IMG/VR virus record: IMGVR_UViG_3300034357_000647
Location: 1-54,524 of that record
DNA: 54,524 bases
Reading direction: 5' to 3' (one strand)
From: a virus
Lineage: Duplodnaviria; Caudoviricetes
Made by a program: the position numbers and the translations under genes. Position 1 is the first letter of the stretch; the number at the start of each line of letters is the position of its first letter. The notes under the pieces are model-generated. The model saw only the letters and a list, made by a program, of their open reading frames with translations. It ran no database searches and was not told the origin of the DNA. Positions 24,107 to 33,856 of the stretch are shown here, piece by piece.

Positions 24107-25189
24107 ATGCAAGAGTTAGAAAAAGCACAAGAAAAGAAAATTTCAATTAAAGAAATTATCAAAGGATCAAAAGGGGAATTAATTTCATTACTTGATTTCA
24201 ATGAAACATCTGAAGTGTTAACTTCAATAGCTAAAAAATATGAAGCTTATGAAGTAACGGATGAAAACTTTAAAGAATCAAAAGAAATTAGAGTTGAGAT
24301 TCGCGAATTTAGATATTCGATCCAGAACATTGAAAAGCATAATACAAAACTTTTAAATGATGCTAAAAAAATACAAAAGGATGCTTCAGAAAAATTGATT
24401 GAGATTATTTCTCCAGTAGAAAATAAAATTGATTTGCAAATAAAATTAATCGAAAACAAAAAACAACTTGAAAAGGAAGCAAGAGAAAAAGCAGAAGCAG
24501 AAAGAATTGCTAATATTTCAAGAAGAATTGCAGATGCAAGAGCAGGAATGGAAATCAAGTTCCAGATTGGAAAAACAGAAGAAGATTTGAAATTGTTTGA
24601 TGCTTACATTCAAACTTTAAATGAAACAAAAGAATCTTTTGAAGAATTTGAATTTGAAGCTGAAGATTTGATACTGGAGTTCACAGAAAAAAGACAAGTG
24701 ATTGTTAATCGTATTAATGAACAAATTCAACTTGAAGCTGAAAAAGTAAAATTAGAAACTGAAAAATTAGAACAAGAAAAACTTCAAGAACAATTAAGAC
24801 AACAACAAGAAGAGATCAATAAGCAAAGAGCTGAATTGGAAGCTGAAAAACAAAAAGCTAATGAAGAACGCTTGGCAAAAGAAAAAGCAGAGCAGGATCA
24901 AAAAGAAGCTGAAGAGAAAGCAAAGCAACAATCCGAACTTGAAGCCAATCAAAAAGCAGAACAAGAAGAAAGAGAAAGATTGAAAGCTGAACGATTAGCT
25001 ATTGAACAAAACATTGCTGAACTTTCAAAAGATGCCTTTAAAGTTCTTAAAAACAATATTGAGAATGAAGTTGAAATTTCGGATTTAAAACTTCATGAAA
25101 ATCAAATCATTTCAAATTCATTTGTAATATTCTATGCAGATATTAATAATGCAATAGAAAGTTTAAAAGAAAGATTATTTATTAAATAA
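24107..25189 (+). CDS. Long coiled-coil protein (DUF1351/Gam-like)
   Basis: E/K/Q-rich helices next to recombination genes. Confidence 0.6.
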   Translation: MQELEKAQEKKISIKEIIKGSKGELISLLDFNETSEVLTSIAKKYEAYEVTDENFKESKEIRVEIREFRYSIQNIEKHNTKLLNDAKKIQKDASEKLIEIISPVENKIDLQIKLIENKKQLEKEAREKAEAERIANISRRIADARAGMEIKFQIGKTEEDLKLFDAYIQTLNETKESFEEFEFEAEDLILEFTEKRQVIVNRINEQIQLEAEKVKLETEKLEQEKLQEQLRQQQEEINKQRAELEAEKQKANEERLAKEKAEQDQKEAEEKAKQQSELEANQKAEQEERERLKAERLAIEQNIAELSKDAFKVLKNNIENEVEISDLKLHENQIISNSFVIFYADINNAIESLKERLFIK

Positions 25190-25196
25190 TAATTTG

Positions 25197-25305
25197 TATA
25201 TTTGTCAAACAGAAGCGTAGGAAACTTCAAAAGACTTTATTTTAACAAACAAATAAGCAGAGTTTAAATTGGTAATCCTACGCACCAATTTAGCTCTGCT
25301 TTTTT
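25197..25305 (+). promoter_or_regulatory. Promoter plus structured leader/attenuator of replication operon
   Basis: TATATTTG; gaag-cgtaggaaa-cttc hairpin; long hairpin with loop aatcctacgc ending in T run. Confidence 0.65.
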
Positions 25306-25351
25306 ATTAATTAAACTTTTTGCTTGTTTTTAATATAAAACATTCATAATT

Positions 25352-25564
25352 ATGGCAGTACAATTAAAGTTCTACGGAACAGAAGAAACAAAAACAAATG
25401 ATAATTCATTGGAGGTTTTTGTAAATTCACACGATGAAATTACAGTTAGAATTAAAGATGAATCAGTTGATCATGACTACAATCAACAATTGGTTAGTTT
25501 AGATAAACAAACAGCCATTAGATTAAGCCGTGAAATTCGTAAACAAATCGCCTTATTAGATTAG
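25352..25564 (+). CDS. Hypothetical protein
   Basis: 70-aa ORF heading replication operon. Confidence 0.7.
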   Translation: MAVQLKFYGTEETKTNDNSLEVFVNSHDEITVRIKDESVDHDYNQQLVSLDKQTAIRLSREIRKQIALLD

Positions 25565-25566
25565 TC

Positions 25567-26433
25567 ATGAGTGGATGGATAAAAATACATAGGTCAATTA
25601 CTGATCATTGGCTGTACACCGAAAAAAGATGCTTCAGTAAGTTTGAAGCGTGGAATGATATTTTATTAACTGTAAATTATTCAGAATCAAAAATAATAAT
25701 CAAGGGCAAAATATATGAAATAAAAAGAGGTGAAAGTATATTATCATTTGAAAGTTGGGGTAAAAGATGGAATTGGGATAAATCAAAGGTTAGAAGATTC
25801 TTTAATTTGTTACAGTCTGATAAAATGATTTTGTTTAAATGTGATAATATAACGACACACTTAACTGTTTGTAATTATGGTAATTATCAATCAACTGGAA
25901 ACACAGATGAAACGCAAACGAAACACGAAAGTAACACAGATGAAACACAAATGAAACCCAAAGGAAACACAAGTGAATTTCAAACGAAACCAATTAAAGA
26001 AAGTAAAGAAGAAGAAGAACAAGAAGAAGAACAAAGAAGTAAAAAAGAAAAATTCGATTTTTTAAAATCGTGTATATCTTATGGTTTTGAAAAAGATTTA
26101 GTTTTTGAATGGTTAGCAATTAGAAAAGCAAAAGGAGGAATAAACACAAAAACAGCATTTGATCAATTTATAAAACAAGTTGAAAAAACAAATAAAAATA
26201 AAAATGAAATTCTAACAATCATTATTGGAAACTCATGGAAGGGATTCAATGCAGAATGGTTAAATAATAATACAAACAACAATGGAAAACAATTCACAAA
26301 GCTTACAGCAGATGAGCAACTTGCAAAACGATTTGCAGAAATTGACAAAAAACATGGAATTAATCAGGAGCAGGATGTTAGCAAAACCATTTCTGAACGA
26401 ACTATCTTCGACGATTACGAAGAAATCCCTTGA
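25567..26433 (+). CDS. Replication initiator / replisome organiser
   Basis: SGWIKIHRSI, KRGESILS, RWNWDKSKVRRF HTH, TVCNYGNYQ, C-terminal WKGFNAEW. Confidence 0.8.
   Translation: MSGWIKIHRSITDHWLYTEKRCFSKFEAWNDILLTVNYSESKIIIKGKIYEIKRGESILSFESWGKRWNWDKSKVRRFFNLLQSDKMILFKCDNITTHLTVCNYGNYQSTGNTDETQTKHESNTDETQMKPKGNTSEFQTKPIKESKEEEEQEEEQRSKKEKFDFLKSCISYGFEKDLVFEWLAIRKAKGGINTKTAFDQFIKQVEKTNKNKNEILTIIIGNSWKGFNAEWLNNNTNNNGKQFTKLTADEQLAKRFAEIDKKHGINQEQDVSKTISERTIFDDYEEIP
25900..25998 (+). repeat. Three 33-bp imperfect repeats in initiator gene (iteron-like)
   Basis: NTDETQTKHES / NTDETQMKPKG / NTSEFQTKPIK; aacacagatgaaac twice. Confidence 0.65.
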
Positions 26434-27085
26434 AAGTATGTTTGTTGAAAGTACACTTGTTTCGCAAAGAGTTGCAGATGCAGAAAAAACATTGATTACT
26501 TATGCTCAAATGTGGATTGGTGTTAATCCTACAAGTATTTCAGAATTATTTATTTCAAAATCAGTTGAATATTTAGTTTTAAAATTTCCAGAATTAACTT
26601 TTCAAGATATTAGAAATGGATTTGAAGAAAACAATACAGAAAAAATTCCATTTGTACAATTGACAATTGAAGAATTAGTTGCTCCAGTAAAAAAATACAT
26701 GAGCAAAAAAAGATTAGTAATAGAAGAATTAAAAAATATAGAAAAAGAAGAAATGGAAAACCAGATAAATATCCAAAAGGAAATTGAGTTCAAAGAACAT
26801 TCAAAACAAAAGTATTTGAATTGTTTAAGAACTGGTGTAATCGATATGGATGTAAATGAATGCAATGCAATAGTTCTAAACATGAAGGAAAGTTACATTG
26901 AAGAACAACTTGCTGAATTAAGACCGTTAATGCTTCAAAAGGCACAAGCAGAATACAATACTTTACTTCTGGAAGCAAAAGACAATCCTATGGAAGTTGT
27001 TTTAATTCCTTCAATCAAAAGATTATCTGGAAAGCATTTTATCATACATTGCTTACAACAGCGAAAGAATTACATTGAAATGTGA
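26282..27085 (+). CDS. Hypothetical, possible helicase-loader-like partner (true start probably further downstream)
   Basis: Overlaps 3' end of initiator; position only. Confidence 0.55.
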   Translation: MENNSQSLQQMSNLQNDLQKLTKNMELIRSRMLAKPFLNELSSTITKKSLESMFVESTLVSQRVADAEKTLITYAQMWIGVNPTSISELFISKSVEYLVLKFPELTFQDIRNGFEENNTEKIPFVQLTIEELVAPVKKYMSKKRLVIEELKNIEKEEMENQINIQKEIEFKEHSKQKYLNCLRTGVIDMDVNECNAIVLNMKESYIEEQLAELRPLMLQKAQAEYNTLLLEAKDNPMEVVLIPSIKRLSGKHFIIHCLQQRKNYIEM

Positions 27086-27110
27086 CTATCTTTACAGTTG
27101 ACGTGAATAA

Positions 27111-27368
27111 ATGCGTTTAAATCGCTTTAAAATGCAAATTAAATTAAACGAAGGCTGTAAATTATTTATTTTATCAGATAAAGGAATTGAAGAAATAGAG
27201 ATTGAAAAAGTTGAAGTAAAATTCAAAGAAGGAAAGCCAGAATACAATTTGAAAGGATCAGAAAAAAAGTATTTGATTGTTCAGTCTTTAAATAAAAAAT
27301 TTGCTTCAAAAAAATTACTAGAAATATTAATCAAAAAAAGAAATCAAAATGTTAGAAGAAATCAATGA
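27111..27368 (+). CDS. Hypothetical protein
   Basis: ORF in operon. Confidence 0.55.
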   Translation: MRLNRFKMQIKLNEGCKLFILSDKGIEEIEIEKVEVKFKEGKPEYNLKGSEKKYLIVQSLNKKFASKKLLEILIKKRNQNVRRNQ

Positions 27369-27753
27369 AATAGTAAATTGGTATGTTAGGCTTCCAAAAG
27401 ATTACAGCAATGTAAATGAATTAATGTGGAATAGACAAAGATTAGTTGGATTCTATTTTCATTATGCAACGATGCTTGGAGAATGTAGAAAGGCTTGGAA
27501 TGTGGCACAAGCACAAAAAGAAAATGAACTCGCAAAACGTGAAATGACTTCACTTGAAAAATCAAGCACAAAAGCAAGAGTAATTGCAAAGGCAAATACA
27601 AGTTCACTTCTTATAATCGAAAAAAAAGCTGAAGGAAATTATTATGCACATAAAGAAAACCTTGAAGCTATTAAAGAGGTTCTTTCTGCAATGAGTCAAT
27701 CAATAGCAGTAAGCAGAAACGAATGGATGAATAGAAATCAACAACATATTTAG
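27349..27753 (+). CDS. Hypothetical helical protein
   Basis: 134-aa ORF. Confidence 0.7.
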   Translation: MLEEINEIVNWYVRLPKDYSNVNELMWNRQRLVGFYFHYATMLGECRKAWNVAQAQKENELAKREMTSLEKSSTKARVIAKANTSSLLIIEKKAEGNYYAHKENLEAIKEVLSAMSQSIAVSRNEWMNRNQQHI

Positions 27754-27828
27754 TATGAAAAGAGATTATAAAAAAAATAAATAGGGAAATAAACGAAAGG
27801 ATTAATAAATTCAATAAATTGGATCAAG

Positions 27829-28146
27829 ATGAAAGCAAGTGAATTAAGAATTGGAAACTTTATTCATATTCATGGAAAATTAATTGAAATTCAAAAAGAG
27901 GATTTTAATTTCGATGAGAAGTTTATGACTTCAATTATAATAACTGAAAAATGGTTGTTTAAGCTTGGATTCAAAGGAACAGAAGGATATTATTATGATT
28001 CAGAAATTGGAGCTATTGAGTTTTATTATGAAGATGAAATTTTAGTTTGTGATATTTATAATTATAGAAATGAAAATGTAAAATATATTCATCAACTTCA
28101 AAACATATACTTCGCTTTAACAAATAAAGAATTAAAATTTAATTAA
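27829..28146 (+). CDS. Hypothetical Bacteroidota phage protein
   Basis: MKASELRIGN...YIHQLQNIYFALT pattern. Confidence 0.75.
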   Translation: MKASELRIGNFIHIHGKLIEIQKEDFNFDEKFMTSIIITEKWLFKLGFKGTEGYYYDSEIGAIEFYYEDEILVCDIYNYRNENVKYIHQLQNIYFALTNKELKFN

Positions 28147-28147
28147 T

Positions 28148-28759
28148 ATGCCTAGATGCAAAAATTGTAGTGAAAAGTTTGAACAAAAGCAATTTCTTCA
28201 AAAATATTGTGATAAAAAAGAATGCCAGATTGAGAGCAAAACCCAACTGGCATTAAAAAATCTGGAAGGAATAAAGAAAAAGAAGTTTACTGAAATGAAG
28301 ATTAGCGCTCATGTGAAAAAGCACAAGAACGAACTTCAAGACGAAATAAATAAGTTGTCTAGAATGATTGATCTGAAATTTTACTCAACTTGTATTGATT
28401 GTGGAAGGGCTTTAAAAGATGATATTCATGGATCACATTTTAATAATGTTTCTGGGAATGAAAATATCAGATATAATTTACATAACATTCATGCTTCACT
28501 TGGTGCTTGTAATAAGTGGCAAGGCGGAAATAAGAAAGGTTATATTATAGGACTTGAAGAAAGGTATGGAAAAGAATATGCAGATTATGTTGAATTTGAA
28601 TTAAGATTAAAATATAAATCAATGCACTTTACTGAAAAGGAAATTTATGAAGCCATTCCAGTTGTAAGGAAGTTAATAAGAGATTTTGAAACATTCATCT
28701 TTAATGATCCAATACAAGCCAGAAATCAAATGAATCAAATAATTAATCTTTATAAATAA
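28148..28759 (+). CDS. ninG: NinG/Rap-family recombination endonuclease
   Basis: RCKNC...YCDKKEC, CIDCG, HGSHF, RYNLHNIH, CNKWQGGN, GLEERYG. Confidence 0.85.
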   Translation: MPRCKNCSEKFEQKQFLQKYCDKKECQIESKTQLALKNLEGIKKKKFTEMKISAHVKKHKNELQDEINKLSRMIDLKFYSTCIDCGRALKDDIHGSHFNNVSGNENIRYNLHNIHASLGACNKWQGGNKKGYIIGLEERYGKEYADYVEFELRLKYKSMHFTEKEIYEAIPVVRKLIRDFETFIFNDPIQARNQMNQIINLYK

Positions 28760-28999
28760 ATGGAATCTAAAAAATGTTTCACTTGTAAAATAAAAAAGCC
28801 TCTGGATCAGTTTGATATTGACAGAATGAAATACCAACTGAAAACAGATAAAGGAACTTGCAAAGTTTGTAAAGATTGTGAACTAAATAAAGCATTGAAA
28901 ACTCTTTCTGTTATTAGATACAACTTTGAAATAATGAAATTTGAAGTAATTAATTTTAATAATACAGATGAAGTTTTAAATTACTTTGATAAAAAATAA
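28760..28999 (+). CDS. Small Cys-rich protein
   Basis: KKCFTCKIKKPLDQF...CKVCKDC. Confidence 0.7.
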   Translation: MESKKCFTCKIKKPLDQFDIDRMKYQLKTDKGTCKVCKDCELNKALKTLSVIRYNFEIMKFEVINFNNTDEVLNYFDKK

Positions 29000-29070
29000 A
29001 TAAAAATATTTATTAAAATGCTTTTTATATAAATAAGTTTATTTATATTTGTAAAAAAAAATCAAAAGTT

Positions 29071-29508
29071 ATGTATAATATTCCAGAAATCGAAATCAAG
29101 TACAAAAGTACAGATATTGAAAAAACCAAAATAACTTCTTCTAAAACTGCAGAAGAATGTTTTAGAAAAATGTTCAATAGTGATACCATTGAATATATTG
29201 AATCTTCAATTGTTATTTTCTTAAATAGAGCAAATAAAACAATTGGGTGGTACAAATTAAGTCAGGGAGGAATCAATGGGACAATTATGGATCAAAGGAT
29301 TATTTTTGCAGTAGCTTTAAAATGTGGTGCAAGTGGAATAATAATTTCACATAATCATCCTTCTGGACAACTTTTCCCAAGTAGTGAAGATAATCTAATT
29401 ACAAATAAAATTAAGGAAGCAGGAAAAATTTTAGATGTAACATTACTTGATCATATAATAATAACAGAAGATGGATATTATTCTTATGCAGATAATGGAA
29501 GTCTTTAA
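29071..29508 (+). CDS. radC: RadC-like JAB domain protein
   Basis: SHNHPSGQLFPSSED and LLDHIII. Confidence 0.9.
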   Translation: MYNIPEIEIKYKSTDIEKTKITSSKTAEECFRKMFNSDTIEYIESSIVIFLNRANKTIGWYKLSQGGINGTIMDQRIIFAVALKCGASGIIISHNHPSGQLFPSSEDNLITNKIKEAGKILDVTLLDHIIITEDGYYSYADNGSL

Positions 29509-29535
29509 ATAGTAATAATTTAAAATCAAAATCAA

Positions 29536-29934
29536 ATGGCAAAAAGTTTAAACAAAGTTCAGTTAATTGGAAATGTAGGATTAATTGAAACAAAAAGAAA
29601 TGATCAAAGCGTATTCACAAAAATATCCATAGCAACAAGTTATGGATATAAAACAACAACTGGAGAGTTCAAAGAAGAAACAAGTTGGCATTCGGTAGCA
29701 GTATATGGAAAACTTGCTGAAACTTGTGAAAAGTATGTTAATCAAGGATCAAAATTATTCATTGAAGGAAGGTTAAGAAATTCAAAATACATGAAGGATG
29801 GAATTGAAAGATTTTCAACTGATATTGTTTGCGAAAATATTATTTTCCTTTCTCCTGCAAAAAGTTTTACGGAACCAAATCCAAATGCTCCAGAGGTAAA
29901 TGCTGAAGATTTAGATGACAGTATTCCATTTTAA
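29536..29934 (+). CDS. ssb: Single-stranded DNA-binding protein
   Basis: LNKVQLIGNVG, WHSVAVYGKLAE, EGRL, acidic tail DDSIPF. Confidence 0.95.
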   Translation: MAKSLNKVQLIGNVGLIETKRNDQSVFTKISIATSYGYKTTTGEFKEETSWHSVAVYGKLAETCEKYVNQGSKLFIEGRLRNSKYMKDGIERFSTDIVCENIIFLSPAKSFTEPNPNAPEVNAEDLDDSIPF

Positions 29935-29944
29935 TTTTTGAATT

Positions 29945-30436
29945 ATGTGTGAGGAGTGGAAAGATGTGCCAGGTTACGAAGGATTTTATGAAATAAGCAA
30001 TTATGGTAGAGTTAAAAGTTTATTTTTTGGAAAAGAAAAAATATTAAAACCACAAATTAACATTCATGGATATTATGGAGTTGTATTATGTAAAGAATTA
30101 AAAAAGAAAAGATTTGATATTCATAAATTAGTGGCTATTGCTTTTCTCAATCATACACCTGCAGGATATAAATTAGTAATAGATCATATAAATGAGATTA
30201 AAATTGATAATAGATTATGTAATTTAAGATTAATTTCAAATAGAGAAAACTCAAGAAGAAATAGAGATAATTATAAAAGTAAATTAAGAGGTGCGACATT
30301 TGACATAAGTTGTGATAGGTGGGTTTCAAGAATCTTAATTGATGGTAAAAGATATTTTTTAGGTAAATATAAAACAGACATAGAAGCACACCTAGCTTAT
30401 CAAAATAAATTAAAAGAACTAGAAGAAAAATGTTAA
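29945..30436 (+). CDS. NUMOD4-HNH homing endonuclease
   Basis: WKDVPGYEGFYEISNYGRVKS; IDHINEIKIDNRLCNL; paralogue of 19033-19563. Confidence 0.9.
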   Translation: MCEEWKDVPGYEGFYEISNYGRVKSLFFGKEKILKPQINIHGYYGVVLCKELKKKRFDIHKLVAIAFLNHTPAGYKLVIDHINEIKIDNRLCNLRLISNRENSRRNRDNYKSKLRGATFDISCDRWVSRILIDGKRYFLGKYKTDIEAHLAYQNKLKELEEKC

Positions 30437-30789
30437 TAAAACAAATGAGTGTTCATTATAGGATAATGGAATTATTCGGGAACAAAAGACCTTTAACTCA
30501 ATCATTTGAAAAAGTTAAAGAATTAATTGCTGAATATGATTTAGCGAGGAATTGCAGGAAAAGAGAAATAGTTTATAGAAGATCATTGCTTTGTTGGTAC
30601 TTGTGTAATAATACTAGAATGACATTAAGCGAAATTGGTCAGATGTTTGGAAAGGATCATTCTAGCATCATCCATGCAAGAAAAACAATTGATGATTTCA
30701 TTAAGTTTAGAAACAAAGATTTCAATGTTGTTGTTTATGATATTGATACAGAATTAAGAAGTATTTTCAAAGTAACTCCAAATATTTAG
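30430..30789 (+). CDS. DnaA C-terminal-like HTH protein
   Basis: RKREIVYRR...MTLSEIGQMFGKDHSSIIHA. Confidence 0.8.
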   Translation: MLIKQMSVHYRIMELFGNKRPLTQSFEKVKELIAEYDLARNCRKREIVYRRSLLCWYLCNNTRMTLSEIGQMFGKDHSSIIHARKTIDDFIKFRNKDFNVVVYDIDTELRSIFKVTPNI

Positions 30790-30793
30790 AAAG

Positions 30794-31267
30794 ATGCAAA
30801 GAATAGCAATAAACAAAGATAATTATCATTTCAGAATAAAAGTAAGTCATGTTGGACAAAGAGAGTTTGCAGGAGTGGTAATCGAAAGTAATAGAACAGA
30901 TGTAAAAGTTGGAGAGCATTCAAATAGGTGGTTACTAAAATTGTTTGATATATTTGAAGAAGAAAAAGTGAAAGAAATGGATGCGATTCAAAATCCAAAA
31001 CCAAAATTAAAAAGTATTCTTACAGAAGCAGAAAGCATTGTAAACGGTGATAGAGATGTTCAGTACGGAAATCCAAACGAAGCATTTAAAGAATATTCAA
31101 ATATCTTGGAAACTACCTTTGGAATCAAATTAACTCCTGCAGAAATTTGCAAAGTTCAAATAGCAATTAAGCTTGGAAGGTTAAAGTATAAACACAAAAG
31201 AGATTCAGTTGTTGATCTTTGTGGATATGCTGAAATATTAAATCGATTAGAAGATGGTGGGTTGTAG
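30794..31267 (+). CDS. DUF6378-like (all-alpha nucleotide pyrophosphatase-related) protein
   Basis: ILTEAESIVNGDRDVQYGNP...KLGR...DSVVDLCGYA. Confidence 0.75.
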   Translation: MQRIAINKDNYHFRIKVSHVGQREFAGVVIESNRTDVKVGEHSNRWLLKLFDIFEEEKVKEMDAIQNPKPKLKSILTEAESIVNGDRDVQYGNPNEAFKEYSNILETTFGIKLTPAEICKVQIAIKLGRLKYKHKRDSVVDLCGYAEILNRLEDGGL

Positions 31268-31661
31268 TTTTGTTAAAAAAGAACCTTTAAATGATATTCA
31301 TAAATATCGTGAACATAAATTTGAAATCAGAAGAGGTTGGAATAATGGTTTTTTAGTTTTAAGAAATGAAAAATCCGAATATCAATTTGAATGTTCATTT
31401 AAACATTTTAATGAAATGGAAGGCGAAGTTTATGAACTAGATAAAGTTTTGAAAGTTTTAAGAATAAATAAAGAGGATGCTAGTTCAAATTTCACGCTAT
31501 CATTAGTTGATTTTGATATTAATTCAAGTAAGTGCCAGGTTGTTTTTTCAAATAAAATAGGTTTATATCATAATTTAATCAGTAAAGAAGAAGCTCAAAA
31601 AATAGCATTTGACAAAAGATATAAATTAGATCAAGTATTAAAAATTTTAAATCTAAAATAA
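31254..31661 (+). CDS. Hypothetical protein
   Basis: Internal repeat YELDKVLKVL / YKLDQVLKIL. Confidence 0.6.
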   Translation: MVGCSFVKKEPLNDIHKYREHKFEIRRGWNNGFLVLRNEKSEYQFECSFKHFNEMEGEVYELDKVLKVLRINKEDASSNFTLSLVDFDINSSKCQVVFSNKIGLYHNLISKEEAQKIAFDKRYKLDQVLKILNLK

Positions 31662-31859
31662 ATGGAATTTAGAACATTATTAAAAACAATAATGAGAGAG
31701 CAGGGATTGAACCAGAGAGAATCTGCAGAACTATGTGGAATCTCTCCAGTTCAATTTGGGATGTATTGTCAAGGTAAAGTTGTACCGAAATTTGATAATG
31801 CTCTTAAAATCATTGAAGCGTTAAATTGGAAATTAATACCAACTTTGAAATGCGATTAA
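31662..31859 (+). CDS. XRE-family HTH regulator
   Basis: GLNQRESAELCGISPVQFGMYCQGKVVP. Confidence 0.85.
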   Translation: MEFRTLLKTIMREQGLNQRESAELCGISPVQFGMYCQGKVVPKFDNALKIIEALNWKLIPTLKCD

Positions 31860-31890
31860 CTTTTATTATTATAGACCTGGTAATCATTGC

Positions 31891-32154
31891 TTGTTATATC
31901 GGAATGATTATTCACATAAAAAAAATGAAATGAAAATATTAGTTTTAACAATAATAGTTGTTTTGTTCATTCTGTTTATCAGTATATTTGCTTACTTATA
32001 TGTTTTGTATAACAGCATTAGTGATTACGAAAACGAACACAACTTCAGAAGAAGAGAAAAAGAGTACAAGGAAAACAATTCGTTTGTAGAAGATTTGTAT
32101 CATGAAGAAAAATATCAAAACTTTTTAAAACATGGCAAGAAGAAAAATAAATAA
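31891..32154 (+). CDS. Small membrane protein (likely start ~31930)
   Basis: MKILVLTIIVVLFILFISIFAYLYVLY. Confidence 0.55.
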   Translation: MLYRNDYSHKKNEMKILVLTIIVVLFILFISIFAYLYVLYNSISDYENEHNFRRREKEYKENNSFVEDLYHEEKYQNFLKHGKKKNK

Positions 32155-32269
32155 AGATCATTCAAAAGCCATGATTAAAAAACAAAGATGGTTTAGAATT
32201 ATAAAGAAAGCACATTCAACTGCTTTAAGTCAATGTAATTATTATTCAAATAACGAAGAAAACGATTAA
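32132..32269 (+). CDS. Small basic protein (45 aa), not in ORF track
   Basis: MARRKINKDHSKAMIKKQRWF...* fills gap between genes. Confidence 0.45.
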   Translation: MARRKINKDHSKAMIKKQRWFRIIKKAHSTALSQCNYYSNNEEND

Positions 32270-32270
32270 A

Positions 32271-32492
32271 ATGAAATCAATTATATTTTTATTATTGCTT
32301 ATTACTTCATGCCAGAAGTGTAAGGAATGCACAACGACAACAGTTGTAAAAACAAAAACTGGAGCGTTTCTTGAAAAAGACGAAAGAAAAGATTTAGTAT
32401 GTGGGCGAAAGCAAATTAACTACATAGATCAAACACACACAAAAGAAGTGAAAGGTGATTATATTATTGAAACGTATGTAAAGTGTAATTAA
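32271..32492 (+). CDS. Small lipoprotein
   Basis: MKSIIFLLLLITSC lipobox-like. Confidence 0.65.
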   Translation: MKSIIFLLLLITSCQKCKECTTTTVVKTKTGAFLEKDERKDLVCGRKQINYIDQTHTKEVKGDYIIETYVKCN

Positions 32493-32493
32493 T

Positions 32494-33855
32494 ATGTTTC
32501 ACAGCGAATTTTTTCCAACAAACGAAGAAACATTGGATTTAATGCAACTAGATGCTGAAGGTAAAATAATACTTGATCCTTCAGCAGGTTCTGGAAGCAT
32601 TCTTGATTATTGTTTAAGATACGGAGCAAAAAGAACATTAGCAATTGAAATTACAGATGAATTAAGAAGTATTGTAAAAGAAAAACACGAACTAATTGGA
32701 AAAGACTTTTTCGACACAAAAGAAGAAGATATTTCACACGTGAATGCAATCTATATGAATCCACCATTCAGCAATGCAGATAAACATATTCTTCATGCCT
32801 GGAGAATTGCTCCAGAAGGTTGTGAAATAGTTTCAATATGCAACTTTGAAACAATAAATAATACTTATAGTGGAAGTAGAAGGCAGTTAGATTGTGTGAT
32901 TAGAGATTATGGATATAGTCAAGGATTAGGGAATACGTTCATAGATGCAGAAAGAACAACAAGCGTTGAAATCGGATTGATAAAACTATTCAAACCAATT
33001 ACAAGTTCATCATTTAATTTTGATAATTACTTTTTAGATGAAGAAGAAGTTCAAGAAGAAGGAGAAGGAATTCAACAATACGATGAGGTGAAAGCATTAG
33101 TGAATAGATATGTTGGTTGTATGAAACAATTTGACAATCTATTACAATCAGTTGAAAGTATTAACTATCAATTAAAAGCAATCGGATCAAGTGGTATTGA
33201 AATGACTTTATCTAGGAATGAAAATATCATGAACAAGCAAAGTTTTTCAAATTCAATTCAAAAACGTTCATGGAAATATATCTTTGATAAAATGAACATG
33301 GAAAAGTATGTTACTTCTGGAGTGATGAAGGACATAAACAAGTACATTGAATCACAATCAAAGTTTCATTTTACAATGAAAAACATTTACAAGATGTTTG
33401 AAGCTATACTAGGAACGAAAGAACAAACTTTCAATAGAGCATTAGAAGAAGCAATTGATAATTTTACAAGACATACACATGAAAATAGATATAGTGTTGA
33501 AGGTTGGAAATCAAATTCATCCTATATGCTAAATAAAAAATTCATAGTTGATGGATTAATGGAATTGTCTATGGGGTTTAGAGTTCGATACGATAGTTAT
33601 AATGGAAGAAAAATAAACGATTTAACAAAAGTATTATGTAACTTAACTGGAATAAATTACAATACAATAGGTGATATTTATCATTTTAAGCAAGGGGAAC
33701 AGATTATTCCAAATGTTTGGTATGATTGGGGGTTCTTTGAGATTAAAGCATTTAAGAAAGGAACTATGCACTTGAAATTTAAAAGCAATAAAGATTGGTA
33801 TTTATTAAATCAAGCATACGGTAAACTAAAAGGATTTACATTAAAAGAAAAATAA
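32494..33855 (+). CDS. Amino (N6-adenine-type) DNA methyltransferase with DUF4942-like C-terminal domain
   Basis: ILDPSAGSGSI, MNPPF; C-terminal WGFFEIKAFKKGTMHLKF. Confidence 0.85.
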   Translation: MFHSEFFPTNEETLDLMQLDAEGKIILDPSAGSGSILDYCLRYGAKRTLAIEITDELRSIVKEKHELIGKDFFDTKEEDISHVNAIYMNPPFSNADKHILHAWRIAPEGCEIVSICNFETINNTYSGSRRQLDCVIRDYGYSQGLGNTFIDAERTTSVEIGLIKLFKPITSSSFNFDNYFLDEEEVQEEGEGIQQYDEVKALVNRYVGCMKQFDNLLQSVESINYQLKAIGSSGIEMTLSRNENIMNKQSFSNSIQKRSWKYIFDKMNMEKYVTSGVMKDINKYIESQSKFHFTMKNIYKMFEAILGTKEQTFNRALEEAIDNFTRHTHENRYSVEGWKSNSSYMLNKKFIVDGLMELSMGFRVRYDSYNGRKINDLTKVLCNLTGINYNTIGDIYHFKQGEQIIPNVWYDWGFFEIKAFKKGTMHLKFKSNKDWYLLNQAYGKLKGFTLKEK

Positions 33856-33856
33856 G

